A DNA stretch of 64,000 nt, taken from Antedon mediterranea (taxonomy: Eukaryota; Animalia; Echinodermata). Positions 50,520 to 64,000 of the stretch are shown piece by piece. Numbering within the stretch: the stretch's first letter is position 1; every line of letters begins with the position of its first letter. Where the stretch lies: contig NC_092677.1 of assembly GCF_964355755.1 (NCBI RefSeq), forward strand, positions 10,996,101 to 11,060,100, written 5' to 3'. Both the position numbers and the translations under genes were made by a program. Below the pieces are notes generated by a model. That model saw nothing but the letters and a program-made list of their open reading frames with translations, searched no databases and was not told the DNA's origin.

Positions 50520-51420
50520 TTTCAGAGTATATTCCCTATGGCCAGGAATCGATGTGGTTATATTTTCACGATGCGCAATCAAAAATTATGCGGTCTACGC
50601 GCGATTTTACGAAATCACGTTTGTAATCATATCTTCACAAGCATGAATCACAATTAAACAAAATTTGGTACTCATAAATTTCAGGTCATATTTCATCATA
50701 TGGCAATAAAATTACGTGCGTAGCCTATATAACGCTTGCGTACGCGCGCTTAAAATGTTCAAAATTGTCAAAATTTATTTTTTCGATGAAATTAGAGTAC
50801 GTTTCAGACAATTTTAAGCGTTTAAAAAATTGCCATGAGTGCGCAGATTTTTGCACGCGCACTGCGCGTTAAACGTTAATGCGCACTCTTTTTGCCCGAT
50901 TTCTGTTTTACAATCTTTCTTTAATAATATCATTGCGTTATACGAGCACGTCAAAATTAACTTTCTTCCTTCAAAAGTTCATATATTAAAGTTAAAAGTA
51001 TATAGTTTGACAGTGCATCATTTGTTTACATTTTAAAGATGTCATCATAGTAAAAAATTATAATTCATTGCGGTATGTAATAATCTATTTGCACCAAAGT
51101 GGTTACTGCATAGTAAATACACAGAGGAATTTTTCTACAACTTTTAGTCAGTTGTGTATGGCTCGATGGCCTGTGCTCGTGTCTATGGCATTCAAGGTAC
51201 CGAGATCGAGTCTCACCTTGGGAAACAAAATAAGATTTTTTTTTATTATCCGTATTGTTTAAATTTATTTCTTAGTGTATAGATCATACACATGATTTAT
51301 AATGAAATCTAGATAAAAATTAACTTATGTCTTTATTATTATGTAACAACAAATGTGGTTTATGACATTATACGCATATGGATCTTTGATTGGATTGTGA
51401 TACCGGCTATGGTGTTCACG
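50520..51420. mobile_element. CpG-rich interspersed repeat, unclassified
   Basis: CGCG-rich block in an AT-rich intron, similar in character to 150-380; degenerate tRNA-like piece at about 51155-51220. Ends were not defined. Confidence 0.35.
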
Positions 51421-52569
51421 TTAAGGTCCTATCATATATTATAAATAATTAAAGATTCTGAGAAAATCAATCAATCAATATATCTTTTAAAAATCAATTA
51501 TCTTTATTTAAATCAATGCATATAACCTATAATTCGTCATAGTGACGAATCAAATCTAGTATATTTTGTCTTTTTTTATAAATCATTTTTGGTGGAAGTA
51601 ATTTTATTCATTTTTTTCCAATTCTTTTTAATACATTTTTAAAAATGATACTATTTATGACCATTGTTGATGAGTTTAAATGAACTTTAACATATTGAAT
51701 GATTGCTCCCACATAAACTTTAATATAACCTTAATTAATTAACCACACGTTACCATCTTTCTATTTATGAATTAATAATGAAAGCCTTCAGTATTTTGAT
51801 TTAAAAAACGTTTTTTACCTCGGTATTTTGATTTTAAAAAGTTTTTTCTTTAAAAGAGATAATGTTAAATTATTCTACTGAAGTTACTGCAGTAACATGT
51901 TTTTACTGCAATAATGTGTGAATTTGTTGGGTCAATGTAGTTTATGAGCCAGTCACTGCAATAAATGATTACTCAAAAAAGCTTGCTAAAGAATTGCATA
52001 ATTAGCTTAAACAAATGTAGTTATTGATGCAATAACTGCAGTAAAATAATTTGGAAATTGTTCTTCCTATCTTGTCTGACATTCAACACCTGGGCTTTTA
52101 AAATGAAGGGCGCAATACAATAGCATTACCAAAGCTGAAACAAAATGGCTGTCTAAATCGGTGTCTGAAATATGTCTTTACTGTAACTTATGTTTCAATA
52201 TGTATATCTTTCTACTGCAGCCCAAGCAGCAAAACATTAATTAGAATAGATTGATGCTAATACTGTACCAAGGCTAACATTACAATAAAAAAAATATATA
52301 AAAACTTGCATTCATAAAAGTACATCCAGAGTCACGCCTAAAGCAGTCAATTTATTATCCAAAGACATAAAACAAAATTCAATCTTAAAAATAACCAATC
52401 TCTAGAAAAAAATATTTATGTTCTGTACATTTATAAACATTGTCAATATTATTATATTCAGGTACATTTATTCATAAAAATGACCAATGTCTTGTTTAGA
52501 CCTAGAAACAAATGTACTGTACATTTATAAACATTGTCAATATTATATACTATATATTCAGGTATATTT

Positions 52570-52960
52570 ATTCATATAAAAAAAAGACATTAAAAAAATA
52601 CAACGGCAGCCAAAAGGCTGAAAAGTAGAATTTTACAAAATTTGATAAAACCATATAAATATGTATAAATAGTAAAACTAGGATTAAAAAAATGAACACA
52701 TTAAAATTTGTCCACCAGTAAGTTAAATAGTGCCAGCCTTTTCAATATTCATAGAAACATCAGCGTTAATGATTCGGACTAAGAAAGGGACTGGTGAAGA
52801 TCTGTACAAGATGTTTTTTATAATCAGTGCTTTTAATTATTATTTTTTTATTTAATCGATCTTGAGAATGGTTCAATGATGCTTCTGAAACATAACTCTT
52901 GATATTTTAGAATTTGTCAGATTAAAGTTTAAACTCCAATTAATATGTGTCAGTTTGCAA
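52570..52960 (-). mobile_element. Degenerate LINE 3' end
   Basis: Minus strand reads LYRSSPVPFLVRIIN, like a LINE ORF2 C-terminus, followed by the CAGCCTTTTGGCTG hairpin and AATAAA. Confidence 0.4.
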
Positions 52961-53491
52961 CCGCTAATATGTTATACATATTCTATTTTATGCTATTTTT
53001 AGCTTGAATGGTACATTGGTATTCTTACTAGCAACCCCTGTAATTTGGCTGATCTATCATACATATTTAACTTGAATTATTTATTGCAATTATACACCTT
53101 TTTTTTCAGTTCTTTCTCATGCCTGTATTAGTTCTTCTAAAGTAAACTATGTACTTTTGAATTTTTGAAGAAAAGACATTATTATTAATAAAATAAATTA
53201 CGATGAAATTCAAACAAATAAACACCTACAGTAATCATTATAAATGTAACAAATCATTACGTGCATAATGAATATAATGTTGTATGGTACATTGTATCAT
53301 TAATATTTATCCATAAATAGCAAACAGTCACAAATTCACAACTTGTGGAAACTTTCCAACGGCAAACATAAATCTATATATATCAATTTGATCTCTGGCG
53401 CGCACAATTAAGGGACTAGTGCTGTTCCGCCGTACCCTGCTGAGAGTGTTAAAGAATCGCTATCCAATCAAGTTTGAACAATACCATGAAA

Positions 53492-53563
53492 GCCCTAGTG
53501 GTATAATGGTTAGGACATCTGCATATCAAGCAGAAGGTTCCAGGTTCAAATCTTAGTTGGGCG
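53492..53563 (+). pseudogene. tRNA-like sequence (pseudo-tRNA or repeat-derived), ATC in the anticodon position
   Basis: GCCCTAG-TGGTATAATGGTTAGGAC-A-TCTGC-ATATCAA-GCAGA-AGGTT-CCAGGTTCAAATCTTAG-TTGGGC then a T-run; A and B boxes present, acceptor and T stems mismatched. Confidence 0.55.
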
Positions 53564-55605
53564 ACTTTTTCTTATTCTCGGATTTCATTTCAAATTAAAT
53601 TTTAGTATATCACCGGGCGGTTTAGAATTAATGTTCTGTGCCTGACGTATTTATATATAAAGAAAATTTAAACTTAATTAATACAGTACTATGTAACTAA
53701 TAGACCTTTCACATTGTTATCTCTTTCACATTGTTAGTCTCTTCCTTGTCAATGGTTACTTCCCCCCCCCCCTTTTTTTTAGATGTTATACTTCTGTTAA
53801 TGTTTATTCAAATATATATTTATATTTTTCTATTTATTTGTAGTTTGAGATGTTTTTTGTAGTACCACTTTTTTGCAGTTTTATTGTATGCATAAAAAAC
53901 TTGAAACATTAATTAGAATAGTCATACAATAATGTGTACATCACATCTTTAGTATCGAATGCGACATGTCATGGGAATAATAAGCTGCCAGCAAGTTATG
54001 GTTTAACAGCCTGTAAATAAGTTGCCTTCATTTTTTTTGCCAGTAAAAATGGTACATAATTATTTCAAATAACCAATTACATGTTGTTATGAAATTAATT
54101 TCTAAAATTATGTGTGTATGTGTGAATACAACAAAGCAATACTCTGATTGGGTGCAGGTGAAGCATCAAAACCAAAAGGCGCAAAAACGTACACAATTTA
54201 AAGGAAAACTGAGGTTTTACTGTATTATTGAACAGGACACTTTGTTGGGCCCCAAACATGTCTTCTTCATATGTTGATCCATTAGCAGCTCATTCAACGA
54301 AGCAATAGTCTGATTGCGTGCCGGTGAAGCAACTAAAGCAAAATGCGCAAAAACGTACACAATTTAAAGGAAAACTGAGGAAAAACAAAGGGCTCTACTG
54401 TATTATAGAGTAAAATTTAGGAATTAAGTAAATTTTAATTTAAACGTTTTTTTTTATTGTTGACCATTTATTCAGTATTCTTAATCATAGTATACATTCC
54501 AAAAGAAATAATACATAGCATGAGATTCAATATCAACATCAATTTCTTTTGACTTTAATATAAAATTCTTATGTATGTTTTTATATCCTTTTCTTTTTTA
54601 AAACATTTTTATTAAATAATAATAATAATGATACAGTAGTACAATTATTTTTCAACCATTATCTTGAATTTTTTACTTATAATAATGCAACTTGTTTTTT
54701 GTTTGTTTTATGTAATCCATTCTAAAAAAATACTTTTGGTTCATATAAATATTTTAAAGCTCATGCATATATTATTCATGAGAACCTGTGGCTTCCCATC
54801 GTGTTTTGTAAAGTCCCTAATGATACAGTAAACAGTAAAGGAAACGTGTGAATCATTATCAAGTTTCAAAAGAACCAGGTAAAGGTTAGCTAGGCTTTGA
54901 GGCAGGAACTATGGACATGTTTACCCAACATAAATTCTCAGCATAACATGCGTTGTACATACAAGCCTCTCGACTGCATTACCTAAGGGCACTACACCAC
55001 AGTACTAAAAACCTTTGATAAACTTCTACATTTAGATGTCCAACTCAGTATATCGATTCATACAATGTTATTTTTTGTATCCGTTTTAATAAATTAAGCA
55101 TTAGAAATTTAAATGTCTCCTCTAATTATCAGAGATAGTGCCTATTAGATGTTCTAAACCGACTTAACGAACTACTGTATATTTAAGAGCCTATTGCAAT
55201 TTGTAGGTGCGTGTGAGCGGCGATATTAATAAATTATGAAGAAAACATGAGATACTTCTTAATTTCTGTGAATATTGTAATATAGTTTGTACTGTAATAA
55301 ATCAGCTTAAACAATTTGTTGTCTTTCCGCAATCAGATGAGTAGGATACTGTTTGTTACATTTAGTATTTAGAGAATAACCTATGAATATTCATTAATAA
55401 CCTATTAATAACCTATGAATATTCATTAATGGCCATATGACACATGTTTACTATGAATAGGGAGGTTATACCATATGTGTATTAATACAGTAAATTTTCA
55501 ACAAATATTTCTATTACAGACAGTCTAATCTAAGTAATATTAATTAAAAAGCAAAGACGCTCTCCATAGTATGAGATTGCCTCAAATATTTCTATTACAG
55601 TCTAA

Positions 55606-56223
55606 AGGCCAATTTACACAGACGAGCGGTAACGGTAAGCGGTAATTGTAAGCGAAAAACCGCGTGGCCTTTCCCATTTACACAGCGCGCGGAGTTCGCG
55701 AACGTAGTGGTGGAAAGTAGGTGCGTGTAGGCCTCGAGGCTAATGCAGTCACTGCTGGCCTGGATGTGACTGACTGTCAGTAGGCCTAGCACACACAGAC
55801 CTAAGTTTTATAGGGAATTGCTGCCTAATAACGTACTAAAATGTATATTTTCTTTTCACTATCCTTATACGAACATTAGTCACGTCGTAGGTGTTTGTAT
55901 TTCTGAATAAAAAGAAGTTGCAAACTAGGCTAGGCCTACTACGGCACTCGTATATATTGTCGTCTTTCACTCGACGGACGCAAAAAAAAGTTGTTGATAG
56001 ATGACGTCATATCAATCATGTCGTTGGTTGGCCAGAATCCATAAATACCGCGCGGTATTTTCACAAAATCGAATCTGTTTCGATCCTGAGCGGATTTCCG
56101 CTCAACCGCTCGTTCGCTCCGCGTTCTGTGTAAATGGTCACAAGAAATAACATAGATTCTATTTTTGCGTTTTCCGCTCAACTTTACCGCTTACGGTTAC
56201 CGCTCGTCTGTGTAAATTGGCCT
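55606..56223. mobile_element. Non-autonomous PIF/Harbinger-like element
   Basis: Near-perfect TIRs of about 40 bp (AGGCCAATTTACACAGACGAGCGGTAAC...) with TAA target duplication (55603-55605, 56224-56226). Confidence 0.88.
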
Positions 56224-58577
56224 TAAGTAATATTACTTAAAAAGCAAAGACTCTCTTCACAGTACGAAATTGCCTCAAATATTTCCATTACAGACAGTCT
56301 AAGTAATATTACTTAAAAAGCAAAGACTCTTCTTCACAGTACAAAATTGCCTCAAATATTTCTAAATTAAAATTTTAATTCTGTTAACATAATGAAGCAT
56401 AAATACCCTTCAACGGGCGCCAGAAATAGAAATGAAATTGATATTTTAAAGGGAAAATTTAGATAATACAATAAAGTAGAGTATGCATTCCTACTGAATG
56501 AAAATAACCATACATTTTCTTTTATTTTGAAAATGGTACATTTAAAGGAATGGGCAAATTACCATAAAATATGCAATTAAAAAATGAAAAGGAAAATTTC
56601 TGCAGTAAAAAAGAAGTGTATACTTGCAGTATTTAAAATGATTAATATTCCAACTATCTTCAACCTAAATATTTCTACTTTTGTAAACGAATGATTAATT
56701 ATTCCTTAGCTCTTTAGATTGAGATTACAATACAATCACAGGGAAAAGCTATTGATGTCAAAACTATGTACGCCAAGATGAAATATGCGTATAAGTGGAA
56801 ATCCGAAAATAATAACTAAACCAAATGAAGGACAGTTCTAATTTGTTCTTATAGATCTAGAAAAGAAAAATGAGACAACTGAGAATGCTATGATGGATCT
56901 ATTATTAGTAAATTTAAATGAGCCACAAATTGTAAGAGCAGAAAAAGATGAGAACAAAAATGAGATTAGCTTAGAAAAGACATAAAAATGTTGTACCAAA
57001 ATAAACTTTATCATAATGAACAAAAAATAATTGAATAACGCTCTGTCTACACTATCAAACTTTATGTGACAAAAAATGTGATGTGCCCATATATGGACAT
57101 GATGATGTCATATCACTACCATATTTCAAAATATCACTACCATACAGTATTTGGGCACATCACACTTTTTGTTGTCAAATTATTTGATAGTGTAAACAGA
57201 GCTTGAGAATCACAATGTATGATTTGCATTTGTTTTCAATAACTAAAAATGATAATCAGAGTAGAACCATCTATTAAGGAACCCAAAAGTGTCCCCTTTT
57301 AAATAGAGGCAGGCTATGTTAAAATATACATTGGCCACTCATTCAGTTCACAGGAAAGTGTTCCCTTTACGGTATACGCTGAATACGGATGTCTCAACAG
57401 GGGGTAATGATCATAATATTGTTATCAATAATTGTGTTGACTAAAATGAATAACATAATGACAATAAGCTAATGTTGTTGATATGAATAAAATGAAAATA
57501 TTTAAAAAATGACAATTAAGATTACTACAGTTGAAACCCAACAAAGTGTTAAAATGTACATTGCCTCTCAATTGTTTAATGGGAAAGTGTCCCCTTATAG
57601 GTGTCTCAACATACAGGTTCATTCAACTGGAATGATAATTATCATATTGTTATCAGTAACTGTGTTGATAATGAGATTAAAATTAATAACAATACGTTGT
57701 TGATATGAATAAAATGAAAATATTTCAATTAATAATAATAATTAAGATGTTTACTGTACCTCTCAGTGACATACTTTTCAAATATCATTCTAATAAAGAG
57801 GAAACAAACGATTAATATTAAATACCTCATGTATTGTAATTTTTTTTAAATATTTGACCTAGTTTTGAAACAGCTTTGCAAACTAGAATCGCATAAACGG
57901 TGACGGTAGTTATCGTAAGATAATAAATTGAACATGTAGCAGAGATGTAGGTTATGAATTCTGTTTGTGTTGAACTGTTAAGCACATGACAAATGTACAT
58001 TCACAGGATGTTGGCTTTGTATATTTACCTACAATATAAACTCATTCAATAATAATATCAAGTTTTCCTTTTGAGAAGGTGGTGATAATACAGATATTAA
58101 TATGTATTGTGCAGCCCTTTGGAGTAACTATCGTATGAAGACTATTAGATCTCTTAATGTATGCTGCAATAATGCTCTGCGCCAGATACTTAATGTCTCT
58201 AGAGGTAGTAGTGCCAGTGCATTGTTTATTTATTGAACATGGTGTCCCTTCCTTTAATGAGTACATGTGAAAATCTACCTATGGTTTTATGCAACGTATG
58301 TTGAATAGTGGTAACATCCTTGTTGCTTGTGTTTGCAAACATATGCTCCATAACTCCAAAATGTATTGTACATGGAGAAGCATTCTAATACTTAAGTTTA
58401 GATTTTACGATTTCTCTTTTTCTGTTTATTAACATGGATGATATTTCCGAAATAAAAAGAAATTGAATTGAATGGAAATAAGCTTTTTTGGGATATCCTG
58501 GAAAATTGTTTATAAAATGTATTATTTACAATGAATGAATATAATGTATCAAAATGCTTCATTGTCGTTAGTTGTTG

Positions 58578-58690
58578 TGAGTGGCCGAGCGGTTAAGACA
58601 GTGGAACCGTAATTACGCTCACTTGCTCTATGGTTCTGGTGGCAGAACAAGTCTTCTCGGATAAGGACTAGGGGGTTACCCTGGTGTACT
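58578..58690 (+). mobile_element. tRNA-derived SINE fragment
   Basis: GTGAGTGGCCGAGCGGTTAAGAC A-box; same family as 10985-11212. Confidence 0.55.
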
Positions 58691-61595
58691 TATTTATATT
58701 TTGGAGGAAAATAAATATAATATGATATTATGACCTAATTGCAATTTTCTCTTTCTATTTATGATTAAATTATTTATGTACAATACTGTACATAATCATC
58801 ACATGTTTGTCAACAAGTTATCATATCACCTTAGGAATGCAATTCCGTGTTAAACACCTGTCCTGACTTGGTAGATTAACCTGCTATACATTCTAGCTCA
58901 CTCACTCATAAAACTTAAAATAAATGAATAAAATATGAATAAATAATTATTTTCTGATTGGCATGTCATTCCTTTGCAATCTCTCTACAAATTGCTCAAA
59001 TAAAATAACCAAGTCACAAAATCTTTAAAAATTATAAGTGATATGGTTTGTGGCAATTAATTGATCCTTATAGGACAACTTGACCGAGGACCATATTTTA
59101 ACAATGTATTAGGGATGTACATATGATTTCAGAATCAAGGATATCGCCGCACGCGCTCGCCGTACAGTCGTCGCCGTAAATTGCTGTGACGTCACAGGTG
59201 CATCCCTAATACGTTGTCAAGTTGTTCTTTAATGTATTTTAGGACAAATAATTTAAGTCCATTAAAAAAAAAGTAATACTTCATCTACTATGCATTTATT
59301 GTAGGTTAATTTTTGTATGGCAGAGTAAGAAAGGTCAACATTAGTTGTCCTATGCTACGATTCTAATGCTTATTTCAGACAGGTATTAAAAGTAATTGAT
59401 AATGAAGTTTTATTCTCAAATAAATCTAGTTGGAACTCTATGGTTATTTTAAGGGATTTCCCACAGGTAAAGTAACAAACACTGATATATAAGACTAAGC
59501 TAGGATTCTATTTTCAGATTTTAAGTAAAATGCAGCCATAAATTTTACAGGTTAAATGTGCTTTCAGCACAGTATCATATAATATACACACTAAAAAAAT
59601 ATGTATTCAACTGTCACCATCAATCAGGTAGAGTTTATGCTGTCAAGAAACTCTAACTACATCACTGCTAAAAATACTAAGTATGTGAGGATGAGAAAAT
59701 CTGAGAGAAAAATCAATAACTCCTCAAAGCATGTTATTATAACTGATTTATCCTGTGTGAAATGCAGAGAAATTTTTTGCCGGTGTAGCATTGCCAAATG
59801 CCATACCAACTTTATTGATACGCATTTATCAAATGGTACAGCCAAAAAATTGAAATTGATCAGCTAATCAAATTGTTTGTTAGTAATGTCATGGTTGTAG
59901 TTTTGTAGCTAAACCAAATTTCAAGATTATAAAAAAACAAAGTTTAAAAAACTATATGCCTTGGTGTTATTTTGTAGATGTTTACCTCCACCAAGGAGGT
60001 ATATGTAATCAGTCGCGTGTGTCTGTTTGTTAGCAGGATTAATCAAAAAGTTATTGCAAGATCTTTACCAAAATGAAAATAATAGATACATATGTGGTCA
60101 AAGAACACTCCATTACATTTTGGAGGCAATCCAGACCACGGTTCCAATTCTGGACCACTTTTTAGTATTATTTTCAGACCTGCTAGTGTTAAAAGATAGG
60201 AAAGAATTTTCCAAAGCCGGTGAGCAGTCTTAAAGGCCAGGTGCGGGCAAAAAATTTCTATTGATCATACATTCCAATAATTATCGATCTATAGTTTCCC
60301 CTATGTTTCATAATTTTTAGGATTTTATTTGTGTTACACGAGCTTGTTAAAAATAAGCACTTTCTTATCAGTGATAGTTCAAATTACACAGTTAAATTTC
60401 TATTCTTTTGTACACAAATTTTGTAAATAGAGAGGCATTTTAAAAAGCTATGAAAACTAAATGGTGTGGTAAAAAATGTTATCAGATGACTAAATATAGG
60501 TAATATAACTTGAATTTTACATTTCTGGTATTGTTATTCAATTTCAGATTTTTATTTTCATGCTATAGCAAAAATTATCCACCGTATATCCACCATCTTT
60601 TTTCACCTTCTAGGGAGTCACCAGACATGTTATTACATTAGGTTAACTACCTAACTACTGAAAAAAAGTCTTCTTGGTTTTTATGGCAGAATATTGCCAA
60701 ATTTTTTATTTTACCATATTTAAGGAAATTCATGTTTCTTTGTCTTGATTTCTGTTACAAATATTTGATTTATGTACAATTAACCAGATATTATATTTAA
60801 AATTCATGCCTGTACCTGGGCAATTAACAATTAAACTGAAATTACATTTTCTTGAGAACTACTTGGCCAAAAATATAAATAATTCATATTATGAACCACT
60901 ATGTTAAAACCATAGTATGTAAACTTATTGAGCAAAGCGTCATCAGCAGAGTGCGCTGTACTGCCTAGTTTGTTGAAAACTTCAGAGTTTCGCAATGGGC
61001 TAAACTATAATAACTGCTGAAAATATTTTGTGAATTAACTGCACAAGATAGTCCTGTATTTTTGTCAGCGCTAAAACCTAGCCTTAAGCTCTGTCTACAC
61101 TATCAAAACTAGTTTGACAAAAAAAGTGTGATGTGCCCAAATATGGTAGTGACATGCTCAAATATGGTAGTAGTGATATGTCTATATATGGGCATATAAC
61201 ATTGTTTTGTTACATAAAGTTTGATAGATACTGTAGCTTACACAAAACTTTTGAAAGCATGATTTTATTCCCCATCCTGTAATTGCCAGGGAATGTGCTT
61301 GCTTTAGATGGGTTTGAATTTTGTAAAATTTAAATTTGATAATTAACAACTCAAAAGCTAGTATGTTGTAAATTACGTGACTGCTAAGGATTGCCAAGAC
61401 ATGTTTTTGTGAATTATGAATGAATACTCCATTAAGAAACATTGATGTCAGTTTGATTGATGTGTTGTGTCTATGGCTAACTAGTTATGTACGAATAAAA
61501 ACATTTTAAAATGTCACGCTCCCATGTGTCAATGTTTTAAAAATAGTGAATGAGGAACACGGTACTGTGTTCTTAAACACTATAAAGTTTTTCAA

Positions 61596-61716
61596 ACACT
61601 GTACTACACTCGGTACCGCACTCGCAAACACGGTACCGCACTCGCAAGCACGGTACCGCACTCGTAAACACTGTACCGCACTCACAAACACTGTACCGCA
61701 CTCGTTAACACTGCAC
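61596..61716. repeat. 20-bp minisatellite (AAACAC(G/T)GTACCGCACTCGC), about 6 copies
   Basis: Visible tandem array. Confidence 0.8.
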
Positions 61717-62455
61717 CATAAAAAAAACCATCGAAAAGACGGATCAACAATCAGGAAGACTATACACAAGAATAGTTCTATGTTTGAAATTAAATTCATA
61801 TAACTTTGAGCAATCAACTGAATCTTTTGAAAAGAGACTAACTAAGAAAAAAAAATTAAATTTTGCAAATCGCAACACATCCCATGCACTATGTTCGGTC
61901 CACCCCCCTCATACAATAAGATTGCGTAATAAATTTTACCCATCTTCTATTTGATCACTGGATGTAAATCATCATGATGTCCATATATGGGCACATTTTT
62001 TTTGTAACATAAAGTTTGATAGTGTAAACAGAGCTTTAAGAGAATTATTTCTGTTTTGTATAGTGTACAGTCTCAGAGTAACAAACACAATTGTCTATGT
62101 ATTTTGCAAATGATATATGAAAATAATTAAATTATAATAATGCTTTACATAAACTGGCTTGAACATTTTGAGACTACTTTTCATAATTGGTTATACAGCA
62201 AATATTGCATTTTTCTAATGATGAAAGAATACATGTTTTTACCCAAGCCACGAATCTGTACATGGGGGAACATAAATTTAACCTTTAACCTTTGGCGGAA
62301 AGAAGGTTCTATTTATTTTGTTGTATTAATTGTATTGGACATAATTGACTCTTTTTTAATAATTTTTTCTTATCAATATCTGTAATTACCTTTTATATAT
62401 TTGAAAATATAACATTTTAGATTTGTCAATGCCTGTGTCAGATACAGTTAAATGA

Positions 62456-62750
62456 GGGTGTGTGGCGCAGGGTGTTGGACTACTGATCGTGAGATCGAGG
62501 TTCGAATCTAACTCTCGCCGGATTGCTTGTATCCTTAGGCAAGATACTTTACTTATGTTTGCCTCGCTCCACCCAGGTGTATAAATGGGTACCCGGTTAG
62601 ATCAAGACACAACTTTGTGCTGATTACTAGCTGCATTATGGGAGTATGTTTCCATAAAAAATTAATGGGGTTATAATGTTCAGCGCTTAGAGAAGCTTGC
62701 TTGTAGAGCGCTATGTAAGAATGAACTATTATTATTATTATTATTATTAT
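62456..62750 (+). mobile_element. Full-length tRNA-derived SINE with (TAT)n tail
   Basis: A-box TGGCGCAGGG, B-box GGTTCGAATC, central CCTTAGGCAAG...CCACCCAGGTGTATAAATGGGTACC, 3' AGCGCT...AGCGCT and a (TAT)n tail. Confidence 0.85.
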
Positions 62751-64000
62751 GTCTTTAAATTCTAACATTTATAACCATAATTCGTTTCATTATAATTAAA
62801 ACCTAAGTCATTTTTTCTTATTCAATATTATATATCATTGATATTTAATATCCTGTCAATCAGTTTGGTATTCTACATACATTTTTATTCTTCTTTTATT
62901 ACTTATATGTACAATAAATTATTGTATACTTTTCAATAGTATTATTTTATATCCTATTCATATTTCAATAAATATTTAATGAGAATTTGAATTTAAGCAT
63001 TTTAAATTGTTGTTTTTAAACTCTATGTTATTGAAAAAGTTTATTCAACTTGTATCGCTTTTACAAGTAATCAATTAATATTATAGTCAATTATAAACAT
63101 GTCTGTTTTGATTTAGTGTTAAAATCCATTGTATCTTTCACCTGCTGTAACTGGTTAATTAACTAACAACAATTTATTTTTGTGCAATGACTGTTGTTAC
63201 TCTTAATCTTAACTCTTGATGTGCCCATATAAGGACATGATGATGTCATATCACTATTATATTTATGCATATCACTACCATATTTGGGTAGTATGATAGC
63301 GATATGACATCATGTCCTTATTTTGGTACATCACAATTTTTGTCACAAAGTTTGATAGTGTAAACAAAGCTTTAGAAAATGATTTCTGTTTTGTATTGTG
63401 TACTGTCTCAGAGAAAGTAAGACAATTTTAAATTTTGCAAATGAAAAATAGAAATAAAAAAAATGAAATAAATTATAATGCTTTACACTGGCTTGAACAT
63501 TTTGAGACTACTTTCATAATTTGTTATTTACGGCAAATATAGCATTTTTCTAATGATGAAAGAGTACATGTTTTCTACCCAAGCCACTAATCTGTAGAAT
63601 TTAGATTTTGTCCAAATGGTAAATAAATTCGATAAATTACTTCTAATTACTGTACATACATTATTAGGATAACCACACAAATCACATGCCATCATTTATA
63701 TTTTTTTTAAATTATTCATTTAGTACATCTTATTGTAATCTTTGGAATATTTGTTATAAACACAAAGCATAAAAACTCAATTAAATGTCAGGAAAGGTGT
63801 ATGCACTTTATATAAACCTTGTTAATGATCATTTCCCTGGAAAGATTAATTAGCATTAGGTTCAAATTAAATGAGGATCATTGAAAATTATGAAGTTTGA
63901 TTTAGCAACAATTATTAGTTACTGTACGTGTTATATGTACTTGGAAGGTTATGTAAGGATTCAGTCTAATCCTGAACGTTAATTGTTCTTCTGATTTCAA

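Overview
AT-rich eukaryotic (invertebrate metazoan-like) genomic DNA with spliceosomal introns; no prokaryotic features. Contents: (1) a full-length, very young Ty3/Gypsy LTR retrotransposon of the Gmr1 type (order gag-PR-IN-RT-RH; 447-bp LTRs that look identical; GTGAT target duplication) nested in a MITE cluster at 1901-7836; (2) a 10-exon POGLUT2/3 (KDELC) gene on the minus strand ending in RDEL; (3) a 4-exon NDUFS6 gene (minus) head-to-head with MRPL36 (plus), the same arrangement as in human; (4) the last three coding exons of a MARVEL/CMTM-like membrane protein gene (minus); (5) many MITEs, SINEs, LINE fragments and minisatellites. The most unusual observation is an 8-copy, 51-bp, in-frame tandem amplification of the NDUFS6 exon-3 splice donor, followed by a GC-rich block that stays in frame. 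Several other minisatellites appear to have grown out of transposon-internal motifs, including a tRNA-SINE B-box. All calls were made by eye, without database searches.
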